64,000 nucleotides of DNA from Candidatus Latescibacterota bacterium (GTDB lineage Bacteria; Latescibacterota; UBA2968; UBA8231): the NCBI GenBank assembly GCA_965221775.1, contig CBDCSU010000006.1, positions 192,001 through 256,000 of the forward strand, written 5' to 3'. Below, piece by piece: positions 23,347-33,840 of the stretch. The stretch's first letter is position 1, and every line of letters begins with the position of its first letter. The translations under genes and the position numbers were made by a program. The notes under the pieces were generated by a model. That model worked only from the letters and a program-made list of their open reading frames with translations, did not search any database and was not told the origin of the DNA.

Positions 23347-23805
23347 TCAGCCTCCCTCCCGGCGCGGACTCTCGACGAGGACGGTGACGGGCCCGTCGTT
23401 GGCCAGCTCGACGTCCATGTGGGCGCCGAAACGCCCGCACTCCACGTGCAGCCCGTGCTCCGCCCGCAGGCGCTCCACGAAGGCCTCGAAGAGGCCCTCC
23501 GCCGTCTCCGGGGGGGCGGCTTCGGAGAAGCTCGGACGGCGGCCGCGCCGGCAGTCGGCGTAGAGGGTGAACTGGGAGACGGCCAGGATCCCTCCTTCCG
23601 CCTCCAGGACGGAGCGGTTGAAGCGCCCGCCGGCGTCGGGAAAGATGCGCAGGCCGGCGCACTTGTCGGCGCAGAAGCGGACCTCCTCGGCGCCGTCGTC
23701 GCGGTGGACGCCGACGAGGGCCACCAGGCCCGGGCCGATGCGCCCGCAGACCTCCCCGTCCACGGCGACGCTCCCGTGGCGCACGCGCTGCAGGAGAACG
23801 CGCAC
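23347..23805 (-). CDS. dtd: D-aminoacyl-tRNA deacylase
   Basis: LLQRV, LRIF, SQFTL, GRRPSF, NDGPVT motifs; GTG start at 23805. Confidence 0.95.
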   Translation of the reverse strand: MRVLLQRVRHGSVAVDGEVCGRIGPGLVALVGVHRDDGAEEVRFCADKCAGLRIFPDAGGRFNRSVLEAEGGILAVSQFTLYADCRRGRRPSFSEAAPPETAEGLFEAFVERLRAEHGLHVECGRFGAHMDVELANDGPVTVLVESPRREGG

Positions 23806-23807
23806 CT

Positions 23808-26210
23808 TCAGAACCTCCGGCGCCGGCGGTCGCCGCGCTCGAAGCGGATCTGGGGGATGTCCTTGAGCTGCGCCTTGAAGTAGAAGGCGCGGTCCTCGGC
23901 GAAGCGGCTCGGCTCGATGTTCAGGGTCGCGGTCCAGTCGTGGAAGGAGCGCTGCAGGGACAGAAGCTCGGCGGTGACCCGTCCGGCGTCGAACAAGGCG
24001 GTCCCCGGGGCCTTGAGATTGTAGTACACGGAATAGTCGAGGTGCCAGCCGCCGAAGAGACGGCCCCCGACGGAGGCCTGCAGCCGGGATCTCTCGAAGT
24101 CGGCGGCCCCCGCGCGGCGCTGGCGCGAGTAGTAGTGGCCGACCCGCAGCCGCCGGCCCGGCCCCCGGCGGATGTCCTGCTGCAGGCCGCTGTCGTAGCC
24201 GAACCCGCCGCCGGCGCGGTAGGCGCCGTAGGAGTCCTCCCCGTAGCTCGACCCGCGGCGCGAGGGACCGTAGGCTCTCCCCCGGTCCTCCTCCAGGCCG
24301 CCTCCCGGGCCGGCGGGGCTCGAGGCCAGGCGCAGGGAGGTGTCGACCTCGAACCGGCGCACCCGGGGCGGGATCAGCCTGTCCTCGTCGTCGTAGAACT
24401 CGGAGCGCAGGCTCAGCTTCGTCCTCAGGCGCCGGCCCGCCTCCAGGGTGAGGCGGGTGGCCAGGTCCGAGAGGGGCCGGCTGCGGCGGTCGAAGTCGTA
24501 GGAGGTGGACAGGTTCAGCTGCGCCAATCGGTGCTTCAGCTCCTCCTCCCCCTGCAGCAGCTTCACCAGGAACGTGTTGTTGAGCCGGAGGTTCAGCCGG
24601 CGGCTGGTGCGCCAGTCGCCGGCGCGCCCCCGGAAGCCGATGCCGCCGCTGTCGGCGCGGGTGGCGCTGATGGAGAGTCCGGCGTCGGGCTTGAGCACGT
24701 GCCGCAGCGCCGTCACCGGTCCCAGGGCCGGATGGAACAGTCCGTAGAGGGTCTGTGACAGGGCCGCCGAAGCTCGCAGCCGGTCGCTGCGCACGCCCTC
24801 GGCGTCGCCGGCGCGCAGGTCCGGGTCGAGCCAGCGGCTGCTCACCGCGCCATTGAGATTGAGCCAGTTCAACGGCCGTTGCTGCGAGGACAGGCCCAGG
24901 CTGGCCTCGCCGCGGGTGCGCTCGCTCCGCGACTCGGGGCTGTGCCGACGGGTGTGGCGCAGGCGCAGGCTGCCGTCGTAGAAGACGCGCGAGCCCCAGC
25001 CCCGCCGGTCGGTCCCCGCCGACGGGAAGAGGGCCCTGCGGTTCGATCGCAGGCTGATCTCGGGCAGCACGTCGTCGGACCTTCCCGAGTCCAGGTACTT
25101 CGTCCGGCCGGCGCCGGCGCTGAGGGACCATCCCGCCTTCCGCCAGCGCTTTTCGTAGCGGAGGTTGGAGCGCAGGGTCCGCTGCAGGCGGTCGCCGAGG
25201 CGGGTGGCGTTGTTGCGCAGGAAGTCCCGGTCGCTCACGAAGGTCCCCGTGGCGCGCAGACTCGACCCCGGGCCGAGGTCCTGGCGGTGGTTGCCGGACA
25301 GCCACCAGGACCAGCTCGTGCGGTCCCCCGACTGGAAGCTCTGCAGGCGGGTCTGCAGCCGGCCGTCGAAGTGGTAGCGCCAGGCGTAGGCCAGGGCCCC
25401 CCGGGCGAGCCACCCCGAGCGCTGGCGCAGGTCGGCGGCGACCGTCAGGTCCCAGTAGTCGCTGGGGGCGAGGTAGTATCCCAGGTCCCGCACCTCCCAC
25501 TCGGTGAGGGAGCTGCCGTACGAGACCGGCCGCCGGCCGAAGCCCGGGGTGAGAACCCCCGACTGGCGGTCCTCGCGCAGGGAGAACACGTAGAAGGGCA
25601 CCCAGAACAACCGCCGCCCGGCGACGCGGAAGTAGACCGGGCGGGCGATGGCCATGTCCCCCACCAGGACCTTGATCCGGGGGCTGTAGAAGTCGAAGTG
25701 GGGGTGCTCCTCGTCGCAGGTCGTGTACGATCCCGAGCCGACGTGGAACTCCTCCTCGGTGCGGGTGCGGATGCGCCGGCCGGCGTAGAAGCCGTCGCCG
25801 TGACCGATGCGGCCCTGGCGGATCAGGCCCTCCCCCGACTCGATGTCGTAGACGATGGACTCCCCCTTCAGCACGTCGTCCCCCCGGGTCAGGGTGGGCA
25901 TCCCGAAGGGCTGGCCGCTGCTGTCCACGCCGGCCCGGGCGACGACGATGCGGCGGTCTCTCAGGTAGACCATCTGCGCCGACTCCAGCCGGGCGCCGCC
26001 ATGCTCGATCACGGCGTTGCCGTCGAGGAGGATCGAGTCCTGCTCGGCGTAGTCGACGTAGCGGTCGGCCCGGTAGGCGAAGCCGCTGTCCGGCGCCGCC
26101 CGCAGCAGCTCCCGGAGGCGGTCCAGCTCCTCGTCGGGCTCCCCGGCGGCGGCGGCCCCGGCGGCGAAGAGGGCGATCACCGGGGAGAGGAGTCGGCCGC
26201 GGGCGTTCAA
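23808..26210 (-). CDS. lptD: LptD-like LPS-assembly outer-membrane protein
   Basis: Signal peptide, YTTCDEEHPHF, RQSGVLTPGFG, GYYLAPSDYWD; beta-strand-rich C-terminus; TTG start overlapping the rlmB stop. Confidence 0.8.
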   Translation of the reverse strand: MNARGRLLSPVIALFAAGAAAAGEPDEELDRLRELLRAAPDSGFAYRADRYVDYAEQDSILLDGNAVIEHGGARLESAQMVYLRDRRIVVARAGVDSSGQPFGMPTLTRGDDVLKGESIVYDIESGEGLIRQGRIGHGDGFYAGRRIRTRTEEEFHVGSGSYTTCDEEHPHFDFYSPRIKVLVGDMAIARPVYFRVAGRRLFWVPFYVFSLREDRQSGVLTPGFGRRPVSYGSSLTEWEVRDLGYYLAPSDYWDLTVAADLRQRSGWLARGALAYAWRYHFDGRLQTRLQSFQSGDRTSWSWWLSGNHRQDLGPGSSLRATGTFVSDRDFLRNNATRLGDRLQRTLRSNLRYEKRWRKAGWSLSAGAGRTKYLDSGRSDDVLPEISLRSNRRALFPSAGTDRRGWGSRVFYDGSLRLRHTRRHSPESRSERTRGEASLGLSSQQRPLNWLNLNGAVSSRWLDPDLRAGDAEGVRSDRLRASAALSQTLYGLFHPALGPVTALRHVLKPDAGLSISATRADSGGIGFRGRAGDWRTSRRLNLRLNNTFLVKLLQGEEELKHRLAQLNLSTSYDFDRRSRPLSDLATRLTLEAGRRLRTKLSLRSEFYDDEDRLIPPRVRRFEVDTSLRLASSPAGPGGGLEEDRGRAYGPSRRGSSYGEDSYGAYRAGGGFGYDSGLQQDIRRGPGRRLRVGHYYSRQRRAGAADFERSRLQASVGGRLFGGWHLDYSVYYNLKAPGTALFDAGRVTAELLSLQRSFHDWTATLNIEPSRFAEDRAFYFKAQLKDIPQIRFERGDRRRRRF

Positions 26211-26959
26211 GGGCTGGCGCCGCGGCGCTGGCGGAAGACCTCGTAGAGGGCGATGCCGGCGGCGACGGAGGCGTTCATCGAGGCGGCCTGCTCGCGGCCC
26301 ATGGGGATGCGGGCGACGAAGTCGCAGCTCTGGCGGACCAGGGGCCGCAGGCCGCGCCCCTCGGCGCCGACGACGAGGGCCCCGGGGCCGGTGAAGTCGA
26401 GGGAGTCGAAGGAGCGGTCGCCGGCGGCGTCGAGACCGGTGACCCACAGGCCGGCCCCGCGGGCCCGGGTGAGGGCCTGCCGCAGGTTGGCCACCCGGCA
26501 GAGGGGGAGCTGCTCGGCGGCCCCGGCGGCGGCCTTGGCGGCCGCGGGCGTCAGGCCGGCGCTGCCCCGGCGGGGGACGACGGCGGCGTCGGCCCCCAGG
26601 GCGTGGGCGGTGCGCAGGATGGCCCCGAGGTTGTGCGGGTCCTGGATGCCGTCGAGGAAGACCAGGAAGCCGGACTCCCGGGTCCCGGACAGAACCTGCC
26701 CGAAGTCGGCGTAGGAGCGGGCCGCGAGCAGGGCCACGACTCCCTGGTGATTCCCGTCCCCGGCGGCCCGGTCGAGAGCCGGGCGGTCGCGCAGGTCGAC
26801 GGGCACGCCGAGCTGGCGCGCCCGGCGGCGGATCTCGTCGACCACGTCGCCGCGGCCGCCGCGCACCAGCAGCAGGCGGTGGACCGGGCGCTCGGACTGC
26901 AGCGCCGCGAGGACGGGCCGCCGGCCGAAGAGGACGTCGCCGCCGCCGGGACGGCTCAA
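26207..26959 (-). CDS. rlmB: 23S rRNA (Gm2251) 2'-O-methyltransferase
   Basis: NHQGVVA, LDGIQDPHNLGAILRTA, VVGAEGRG, SMNASVAAGIALYE. Confidence 0.93.
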   Translation of the reverse strand: MSRPGGGDVLFGRRPVLAALQSERPVHRLLLVRGGRGDVVDEIRRRARQLGVPVDLRDRPALDRAAGDGNHQGVVALLAARSYADFGQVLSGTRESGFLVFLDGIQDPHNLGAILRTAHALGADAAVVPRRGSAGLTPAAAKAAAGAAEQLPLCRVANLRQALTRARGAGLWVTGLDAAGDRSFDSLDFTGPGALVVGAEGRGLRPLVRQSCDFVARIPMGREQAASMNASVAAGIALYEVFRQRRGASP

Positions 26960-26990
26960 GGCGTCGCAGGTCCGGCGGCGGCGGGCACGG

Positions 26991-29621
26991 TCAGGCCGGC
27001 TCCCCGGTATCGGCGTCGGCCTGCCGCCGCCACCGGCTCAGAAGCTCCAGGGCCTCCATCGGGGTGGTGCGGTCCAGGTCGAGGTCGCGCAGCTCCTGCA
27101 GCAGGCGCGAGGCCTCCGGCGGCGGGCCCTGGCCGAAGAGGTCCATCTGCGAGGTGTCGACGGCCCGCCGGCCGCTCCCGGCGGAAGCGCCGTCACCCTC
27201 CTCGAGGCCGGCCAGGATCTCCTCGGCGCGCAGCAGGACGGCGGCGGGCATGCCCGCCATGCGCGCCACGTGGATGCCGTAGCTGCGGTCGCAGGGGCCG
27301 GGGGCGAGGCGGTGCAGGAAGTGGACGCGGTCGCCCTCCTCGCGCACCTGGACGTTGACGTTGCGCACCCGGTCGAGGCGGTCCTCCAGCTGGGTGAGCT
27401 CGTGGTAGTGGGTGGCGAAGAGCGTTCGCGGGCGCGCCAGGCCGTTGTCGTGGAGGTACTCCACGACCGCCCAGGCGAGGCTGAGGCCGTCGTAGGTGCT
27501 GGTGCCGCGGCCGAGCTCGTCCATCAGGATCAGGCTGCGGGGACCGGCGTTGTTGAGGATCGTGGAGGCCTCGTTCATCTCGACCATGAAGGTGCTCTCG
27601 CCCCGGGCGAGGTCATCCGAAGCGCCGACGCGGGTGAAGACCCGGTCCACGACCCCGATGCGGGCGCCGCGGGCGGGGACGAAGGCGCCCATCTGGGCGA
27701 GGACGACGATGAGCCCCACCTGCCGGATGATCGTCGACTTGCCGGCCATGTTCGGCCCCGTCACCAGCAGGATCTGCTCGCCGTCGCAGTCCAGGCTCAC
27801 GTCGTTGGGCACGAAGCGGCCCTGGGGCAGCCGGCCCTCGACGACGGCGTGGCGGCCAGCCTCGATCTCGATGACGTGGCCGTCGTCGACGGTGGGGCGC
27901 ACGTAGTCCCCGGCCACGGCCGCCTCCGCCAGCCCGGCGAGGACGTCGACGGCGGCCACCGCGGCGCCGGCCTGCTGCACCTCGGCGGAGTAGCTCGCCG
28001 CCCGGTCGCGCAGATCGGCGAAGAGCTCGGCCTCGAGGGCGCCGATGCGCTCCTCCGCCTGCAGGACCCTGGCCTCCTGCTCCTTCAGCTCCGGGGTGAC
28101 GAAGCGCTCGGCGTTGGCCAGGGTCTGCTTGCGCGTGTAGTCCTCCGGCACGCGCTCGAGATTCGCCTTGCTCACCTCGATGTAGTACCCGAAGACCTGG
28201 TTGAAGCCGATCTTGAGGCTGTTGATCCCGGTGCGCCGGCGCTCCTGCGCCTGCAGCCGCGCGATCCACTCGCGCCCCCCGGAGGAGACGCGCCGCAGCT
28301 CGTCGAGGCCGGCGTCGTAGCCCTCGCGGATGACGCCGCCGTCGCCGACGACGGCGGGCGGGTCGTCGACCAGGCCCCTGCGCACGAGGGCGACGAGGGG
28401 CCCCAGGTCGGGCAGGTCGGGACCGCACAGGCGCCTCAGCAAGGCGGCGTCGAAGCCCCCGGCCACGGCGGCGATGTCCGGAAGGGCCTCGAGGGAGGCG
28501 GCCAGGCCCGAGAGGTCGCGGGGCGTGCCGCGGCGGCAGCACAGGCGGGCCATCATGCGCTCCACGTCGCCGACGCGCTCCAGTTGCTCGCGGAGGCGGG
28601 CGCGCTCGGGCCGGCCGGCGGCCAGGGCCTCCACGGCGTCGTGGCGGCGGCCGATCGCGGCGGGGTCGCGCAGGGGCGAGAGCAGCCACTGCCGAAGCAG
28701 GCGGGCCCCCATGGGCGTGCACGTGCGGTCGATGACGTTGAGCAGCGACCCCTCGCGGCCGCCGTCGTGCTGGTTGGCCACCAGCTCGAGGTTGCGCTGC
28801 GCGGCGGCGTCGAGGAGCAGGCAGCTCTCCCGGCGGCGCCGGCGCAGCCGCTGCACATGGGCCACGGTGGAACGCTGGTTCTCGCGCAGGTAGGCGACGG
28901 CGGCCCCCGCGGCGCGAAGGCCCAGGTCGAGGTCCTCGCAGTCGTACCCCTTCAGGGAGCGGACCCCGAGCTGCTCCAGCAGCGCCTCGCGGGCGGTGTG
29001 GTACTCGAAGCGCCAGTCCTCGATGCGGGTGACCGCGGCGCCGGGCAGGGCCCCCTTGAGGCGCTCGAGGTGCTGCCCGTCGAAGCCCTCGCCCACCACC
29101 AGCTCCGCCGGGGCCGAGCGTTCGACCTCGTCGTCCAGGTCGGAGGAGGCCACCTCCTCCACGGCGAAGTCGCCGGTGGACAGGTCGACCCAGGCGATGC
29201 CCGCCGCCGTCCCCCGGGCGCAGAGACTGGCCATGAAGTTGTTGCGCTGGCCGTCGAGCATGCTGTCGGAGAGGGCCGTCCCGGGGGAGACGATCTCCAC
29301 CACGTCGCGCTTGACCAGGCCCTTGGCCTTCTTCGGATCCTCCACCTGCTCGCAGATCGCCACCTTGCGCCCCATGCCGATGAGGCGGGCCACGTACCCC
29401 TCCATGGCGTGGTGGGGTACGCCGGCCAACGGAACGTCGCCGGAGGTCTTGCCGTGGTTGCGCGAGGTCAGGGTCAGGCCGAGGAGACGGGCCGCCTCGC
29501 GGGCGTCGTCGAAGAACATCTCGTAGAAGTCGCCCATGCGGAAGAACAGGATGGCGTCGTCGTGCTCGCGCTTGAAGCGCATGTACTGCTCCATCGCCGG
29601 CGACAGCTTGGACTCGGCCAT
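26991..29621 (-). CDS. mutS: DNA mismatch repair protein MutS
   Basis: LFFRMGDFYEMF, TGPNMAGKST, DELGRGTSTYDG, LFATHYHEL, SYGIHVA; likely start MAESKLSPAM at 29621. Confidence 0.97.
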   Translation of the reverse strand: MAESKLSPAMEQYMRFKREHDDAILFFRMGDFYEMFFDDAREAARLLGLTLTSRNHGKTSGDVPLAGVPHHAMEGYVARLIGMGRKVAICEQVEDPKKAKGLVKRDVVEIVSPGTALSDSMLDGQRNNFMASLCARGTAAGIAWVDLSTGDFAVEEVASSDLDDEVERSAPAELVVGEGFDGQHLERLKGALPGAAVTRIEDWRFEYHTAREALLEQLGVRSLKGYDCEDLDLGLRAAGAAVAYLRENQRSTVAHVQRLRRRRRESCLLLDAAAQRNLELVANQHDGGREGSLLNVIDRTCTPMGARLLRQWLLSPLRDPAAIGRRHDAVEALAAGRPERARLREQLERVGDVERMMARLCCRRGTPRDLSGLAASLEALPDIAAVAGGFDAALLRRLCGPDLPDLGPLVALVRRGLVDDPPAVVGDGGVIREGYDAGLDELRRVSSGGREWIARLQAQERRRTGINSLKIGFNQVFGYYIEVSKANLERVPEDYTRKQTLANAERFVTPELKEQEARVLQAEERIGALEAELFADLRDRAASYSAEVQQAGAAVAAVDVLAGLAEAAVAGDYVRPTVDDGHVIEIEAGRHAVVEGRLPQGRFVPNDVSLDCDGEQILLVTGPNMAGKSTIIRQVGLIVVLAQMGAFVPARGARIGVVDRVFTRVGASDDLARGESTFMVEMNEASTILNNAGPRSLILMDELGRGTSTYDGLSLAWAVVEYLHDNGLARPRTLFATHYHELTQLEDRLDRVRNVNVQVREEGDRVHFLHRLAPGPCDRSYGIHVARMAGMPAAVLLRAEEILAGLEEGDGASAGSGRRAVDTSQMDLFGQGPPPEASRLLQELRDLDLDRTTPMEALELLSRWRRQADADTGEPA

Positions 29622-29652
29622 GGGCGCTAAGATAACCACCCCCCCGAACACG

Positions 29653-29689
29653 AAAAGAGCGCGGCCGGACCCGAAGACCGGCCGCGCTC
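29653..29689 (-). terminator. Rho-independent terminator after rpsA
   Basis: 12-bp stem GAGCGCGGCCGG / CCGGCCGCGCTC followed by TTTT on the minus strand. Confidence 0.75.
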
Positions 29690-29712
29690 CATCGATTCCG
29701 CAGTGCCGGGGC

Positions 29713-31488
29713 TCAGGCCGTCGTCTCGCCCTCCCCCTCGGCGCCCCAGCTCTCCATCTCCTCGTCCTCGTCCTCGGGCTCCTCGGGCTCCTCGACCTCC
29801 CGCACCGGGTGGGCGGCGGTGTACTCGTCGACCTCGCTCTGATCCTTGTCGCGCAGGTACTCGAGGACGCTGAGGACGATCTTCTTCTGCTCCTCGTCGA
29901 ACTCGATCACCTTCAGCGGCAGCTCCTGGCCGACCTCGAAACTCTGGCGGGGAGTCTCGAGCCCCTCGATGGCGAGCTGCGACAGGGGCACGAAGCCGTC
30001 CACGTCGTTCTCCAGGCTCACCACGACACCGCGCTCGAGCATGCGCGACACCGTCCCTTTCGACTCGGTGCCGACGGCGTAGATCCTGACCAGCTCCGGC
30101 CACGGATTGTCGAAAGCGACCTTGTGGCTCAGGGAAATGCGGCGCCGCTTCTTGTCGATGTCGGTGACCACCACGGGGATGACATCGCCCTTCTTGAACA
30201 TCTCGCTGGCCTGGCGGATGCGGCGCGTCCAGGACATGTCCGAGATGTGCACGAGGCCGTCGATGCCCTCCTCGATCTCGACGAAGGCGCCGAAGTTGGT
30301 CAGGCTCTTCACCGTGCCCTCCAGGCGGGTGCCGCCCGGATAGCGGTTGTCCAGGGTCTCCCAGGGATCGGGGTCGGTCTGCTTCATCCCCAGGGAGATC
30401 TTCTGGTTCTCCACGTCGAGCTTGAGGACCATCACCTCCACCCGGTCGCCGATGGTGACCAGCTTGGAGGGATGGCGCACGTGCTGGGTCCAGGACATCT
30501 CGGAGATGTGCACCAGCCCCTCGATGCCCTCCTCGAGCTCGACGAAGGCGCCGTAGTCGGTGATGCTCACCACCTTGCCCTTGGTGGTGGTGCCCTCCGG
30601 GAAGCGGTCGCCGATGTCGTCCCAGGGATGGGGGGTGAGCTGCTTGAGGCCCAGGGAGATGCGCTCCCGCTCGCGGTCGTAGTTGAGGACCTTGACGCGG
30701 ATGCGGTCGCCGATGGAGACCATCTCCGACGGGTGGGAGACGCGCCCCCAGGACATGTCGGTGATGTGCAGCAGGCCGTCGAGGCCGCCCAGGTCGATGA
30801 AGGCGCCGAAGTCGGTGATGTTCTTGACCACGCCCTCGCGGATCTGGCCGTCCTCGAGCTCGGCCACCAGCTCCTGGCGCATCTTCTCGCGCTCCTCCTC
30901 GAGGACGGAGCGCCGCGACACGACGATGTTCCGCCGCGCCTTGTTGAGCTTGATGATCTTGAACTCGTACTCGTTGCCGAGGTACTGGTCGAAGTTCTTC
31001 ACCTGCCGGATGTCGATCTGCGACCCGGGCAGGAACGCCTCGACGCCGAGGAGGTCGACGACGATGCCGCCCTTGATCCGGCGCATCAGCCGGCCGCGCA
31101 CCGTCGTGCCGCCCTCGTGGGCGTCCTTGATGCTGTCCCAGACGCGCATGAAGTCGGCCTTCTGCTTGGACAGCACCACGCACCCCTCGAGGTCCTCCAC
31201 GTTCTCGAGGAAGACGTCGATCTCCTGGCCGATGTCGATCGCCGAGGGATCGTCGCCGAACTCGCGGATCGGGATCGCCCCCTCGGACTTGAAGCCGATG
31301 TCGACGAGGACCTCGTTGGGGTTGACGTTCACCACCTTCCCCTTGACGATCTCGCCTTCCTTGATGCCGGAGAAGCTGTCGTCGTACATCTGTGCGAGCT
31401 GCTCGAACTCCTGCTCGTCGTACTCCGGCCGGTCGAGCTCCTCGATGCTGGCCTGCCCGTACACGGGCGCGGCGGTCTCTTCGGTCAT
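29713..31488 (-). CDS. rpsA: 30S ribosomal protein S1
   Basis: Six S1 repeats ([62 protein letters not shown]). Confidence 0.98.
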   Translation of the reverse strand: MTEETAAPVYGQASIEELDRPEYDEQEFEQLAQMYDDSFSGIKEGEIVKGKVVNVNPNEVLVDIGFKSEGAIPIREFGDDPSAIDIGQEIDVFLENVEDLEGCVVLSKQKADFMRVWDSIKDAHEGGTTVRGRLMRRIKGGIVVDLLGVEAFLPGSQIDIRQVKNFDQYLGNEYEFKIIKLNKARRNIVVSRRSVLEEEREKMRQELVAELEDGQIREGVVKNITDFGAFIDLGGLDGLLHITDMSWGRVSHPSEMVSIGDRIRVKVLNYDRERERISLGLKQLTPHPWDDIGDRFPEGTTTKGKVVSITDYGAFVELEEGIEGLVHISEMSWTQHVRHPSKLVTIGDRVEVMVLKLDVENQKISLGMKQTDPDPWETLDNRYPGGTRLEGTVKSLTNFGAFVEIEEGIDGLVHISDMSWTRRIRQASEMFKKGDVIPVVVTDIDKKRRRISLSHKVAFDNPWPELVRIYAVGTESKGTVSRMLERGVVVSLENDVDGFVPLSQLAIEGLETPRQSFEVGQELPLKVIEFDEEQKKIVLSVLEYLRDKDQSEVDEYTAAHPVREVEEPEEPEDEDEEMESWGAEGEGETTA

Positions 31489-31620
31489 TGGACTTCTTCC
31501 GTCTCGCCTCCGGGGCCGCCCGTCAGGCCGGCGCCGGGGGGTTGTGGGCTCCGGCCAGGCCGGGAACCCGGGTTGAAGAACCGGCTCGCCCTCGTGGCGG
31601 GCCGGCAGAACGGGACTCTC

Positions 31621-32292
31621 TCAGGCGCCGCGCGCGCGCGCCAGCGCCACGATGCGGTCCACCACCTGGGCGGCCGTCAGGCCGCTGGTGTCCACCTCCA
31701 CCGCATCCTCCGGGGCCTCGGCGACGCCGTAGTCGCGCTCGGCGTCCTCCCGGTCGCGCCGGCGGATGTCGGCGCGCACGCGGGACAGGCTGATCTCGAC
31801 GCCGGCGGCGACGAACTCCCGGTGCCGGCGGCGGGCCCTGGCCTCCAGGTCGGCGACCATGCGCACCTTCAGGTCCGCATGGGGAAAGACGACCGTGCTC
31901 ATGTCGCGGCCTTCGGCGACGACGCCGCCGCAGCGGCCGATCTCGCGTTGCCGCCGCACCAGGGCGCGGCGCACCACGGGATCGTCGGCGAAGGCGCCCA
32001 CCGAGCGCGAGACCTCGGGACTGCGGATGGCCGCGCTCACATCTTCCCCCCCGAGGTGGATGCCCCCGCCCCGGCCCGCCGGGAACTCGAGGCTCAGGCC
32101 CTCGAGGAACGCCCCGAGCGCGGCGGCCCCGGGCTCGACGCCGCGGCGGGTCGCGGCCAGGGCCACCGCCCGGTACATGGCGCCGGTGTCGAGATGGCGG
32201 TAGCCGAGGGCGGCGGCGGCCCCCCGTGCCGCCGTGGACTTGCCGGCGCCGATGACCCCGTCGATGGCGATCGTCAACCCCTTCGCGGTCAC
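31621..32292 (-). CDS. cmk: Cytidylate kinase
   Basis: IAIDGVIGAGKST, LDTGAMYRA, VAEGRD..TVVFP; upstream of rpsA; GTG start overlapping the rluB stop. Confidence 0.93.
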   Translation of the reverse strand: MTAKGLTIAIDGVIGAGKSTAARGAAAALGYRHLDTGAMYRAVALAATRRGVEPGAAALGAFLEGLSLEFPAGRGGGIHLGGEDVSAAIRSPEVSRSVGAFADDPVVRRALVRRQREIGRCGGVVAEGRDMSTVVFPHADLKVRMVADLEARARRRHREFVAAGVEISLSRVRADIRRRDREDAERDYGVAEAPEDAVEVDTSGLTAAQVVDRIVALARARGA

Positions 32293-33062
32293 CGATCCGG
32301 CCCCAGGCCCACCAGCCGGCGAAGGCGCGCCACCTCGGCAGGGCGCAGCCGGCGCCACCGGCCGGCGCGCAGGCCGCCGAGAGCCAGGCCGGCGAAGCTC
32401 TGCCGCCGCAGGCTCGTCACCTGGTGGCCGACGGCCAGGCACATGCGCTTGACCTGGTGCTTGCGGCCCTCCGTGAGGACCAGCTCGATCCGGCCCCGGC
32501 CTTCGGCGGTGTGGCCCAGGAGGCGGGCGCCGGCGGGGGCGGTCGGTCCGTCCTCGAGCTCCAGCCCCTGGCGCAGCCGCCGCAGGGCGCCGTCGTCCGG
32601 CCTCCCCCGCAGGACGGCGACGTAGCGCTTCTCGATCCCGTAGCGCGGATGGGTCAGACGGTAGGCCAGGTCGCCGTCGTCGGTGAGCAGCAGGGCCCCC
32701 GTCGTGTCGCGGTCGAGGCGCCCCACGGCCACGGTCCCGGGCCTCAGCTGGAGCCCCTCGTACACCGTGGTCCGGCCGCGCTCGTCGCGGCTCGTGACCA
32801 GGGTGTCGCGGCGCTTGTGCAGCAGAACGTACTCGAAGCCTTCGGGCAGGGCCACGCGGCCCCTGCCCTCGAGCTCCACGCGGTCCCTGGCGGGGTCGAT
32901 CCGGTCCCCCGGCCCCACCGCGGGTACGCCGTTGACGCGCACGGCGCCGGCGGAGACCAGGGCCGCGCACCGCCGCCGGGAGGCCACACCGGCGCGGGCG
33001 AGGAAGCGGTTGAGCTGCATGCCCTCCGTCCGGGGGCCCTCAGCTTCGGCGGTCCTCGGCAC
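32289..33062 (-). CDS. rluB: RsuA/RluB-family pseudouridine synthase
   Basis: S4 domain (LNRFLARAGVASRR), catalytic VGRLDRDTTG, LTHPRYGIEK, EGRKHQVKRM; follows scpAB. Confidence 0.88.
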   Translation of the reverse strand: MPRTAEAEGPRTEGMQLNRFLARAGVASRRRCAALVSAGAVRVNGVPAVGPGDRIDPARDRVELEGRGRVALPEGFEYVLLHKRRDTLVTSRDERGRTTVYEGLQLRPGTVAVGRLDRDTTGALLLTDDGDLAYRLTHPRYGIEKRYVAVLRGRPDDGALRRLRQGLELEDGPTAPAGARLLGHTAEGRGRIELVLTEGRKHQVKRMCLAVGHQVTSLRRQSFAGLALGGLRAGRWRRLRPAEVARLRRLVGLGPDR

Positions 33063-33840
33063 TCCCCTCCTCCGGCAGCTCTACTTCGCCCTCGATCCGG
33101 CCGCCCACCTCGGGCAGGTCCGCCTCCGGCAGTTCCTCCGCCCTCGGACCCGGCCCCCCGGCGGGGTCTCCGTCCACCGGGCCGCCCCCATGGGGCAGGC
33201 CTTCTGCCGGCGGGTCTTCCGCCTCCGGATCCTGCCCCTCGGCGGGGCCTCCGGCCTCCACCTGGCCGTTGCCGGCCCCGGCTTCGGCCTTGCGCTCGCC
33301 CTCGGCCAGCAGCTCCTCGAGTTCCTTCGGCTTGGGCAGGTCGGCCAGCGACCGCAGACCGAAGTGGGTCATGAAGTGGCGGGTGGTGCCGAACAGCATG
33401 GGGCGCCCGATGCCCTCGGAGCGGCCGACGATGCGCACGAGATCGAGCTCCAGCAGGTTGCGGACGACCCCGGCGGAATCGACGCCGCGGAGGTTGTCGA
33501 CCTCGAGGCGGGTGACGGGCTGCTTGAAGGCGACGATGGCCAGGGTCTCGAGAGCCGCCTGGGAGAGGCGCACGTGGCCGCGGTCGTGGAACTTGCGCAG
33601 CCACGGAGCGAACTCCTTGAGGGTGACCACCTGGTAACCGCCGGCGATCTCGGCGATGGTCATGGCGTGGCCGCCCTCGCGGTAGCTCTCGTTGAGCTCC
33701 TTCACCGCCCGGCGCAGCTGCGATCCCTTGACCCCTTTCACCACGGCTTCCAGGCGGCCGGGGGTGACCGGGGCGTCGGAGGTCATCAGCACCGCCTCGA
33801 CGATGCCGCGCAGCTCGCCGGGATGGGGGGCTCCACTCAC
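33040..33840 (-). CDS. scpB: SMC-Scp complex subunit ScpB
   Basis: LSQAALETLAIVAFKQPVTR, RGVDS, GRPMLFGTT, FGLRSLADLP; acidic low-complexity tail; GTG start overlapping the scpA stop. Confidence 0.93.
   Translation of the reverse strand: MSGAPHPGELRGIVEAVLMTSDAPVTPGRLEAVVKGVKGSQLRRAVKELNESYREGGHAMTIAEIAGGYQVVTLKEFAPWLRKFHDRGHVRLSQAALETLAIVAFKQPVTRLEVDNLRGVDSAGVVRNLLELDLVRIVGRSEGIGRPMLFGTTRHFMTHFGLRSLADLPKPKELEELLAEGERKAEAGAGNGQVEAGGPAEGQDPEAEDPPAEGLPHGGGPVDGDPAGGPGPRAEELPEADLPEVGGRIEGEVELPEEGSAEDRRS

Noticed and set aside
31489-31620. GC-rich cmk-rpsA spacer as an S1 autoregulatory leader
   Set aside because: Plausible by position, but I could not identify a specific supportable structure or motif.
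33060-33300. Semi-repetitive sequence in the scpB 3' end
   Set aside because: Low-complexity acidic/Pro-rich disordered tail, common in ScpB; no exact tandem unit.
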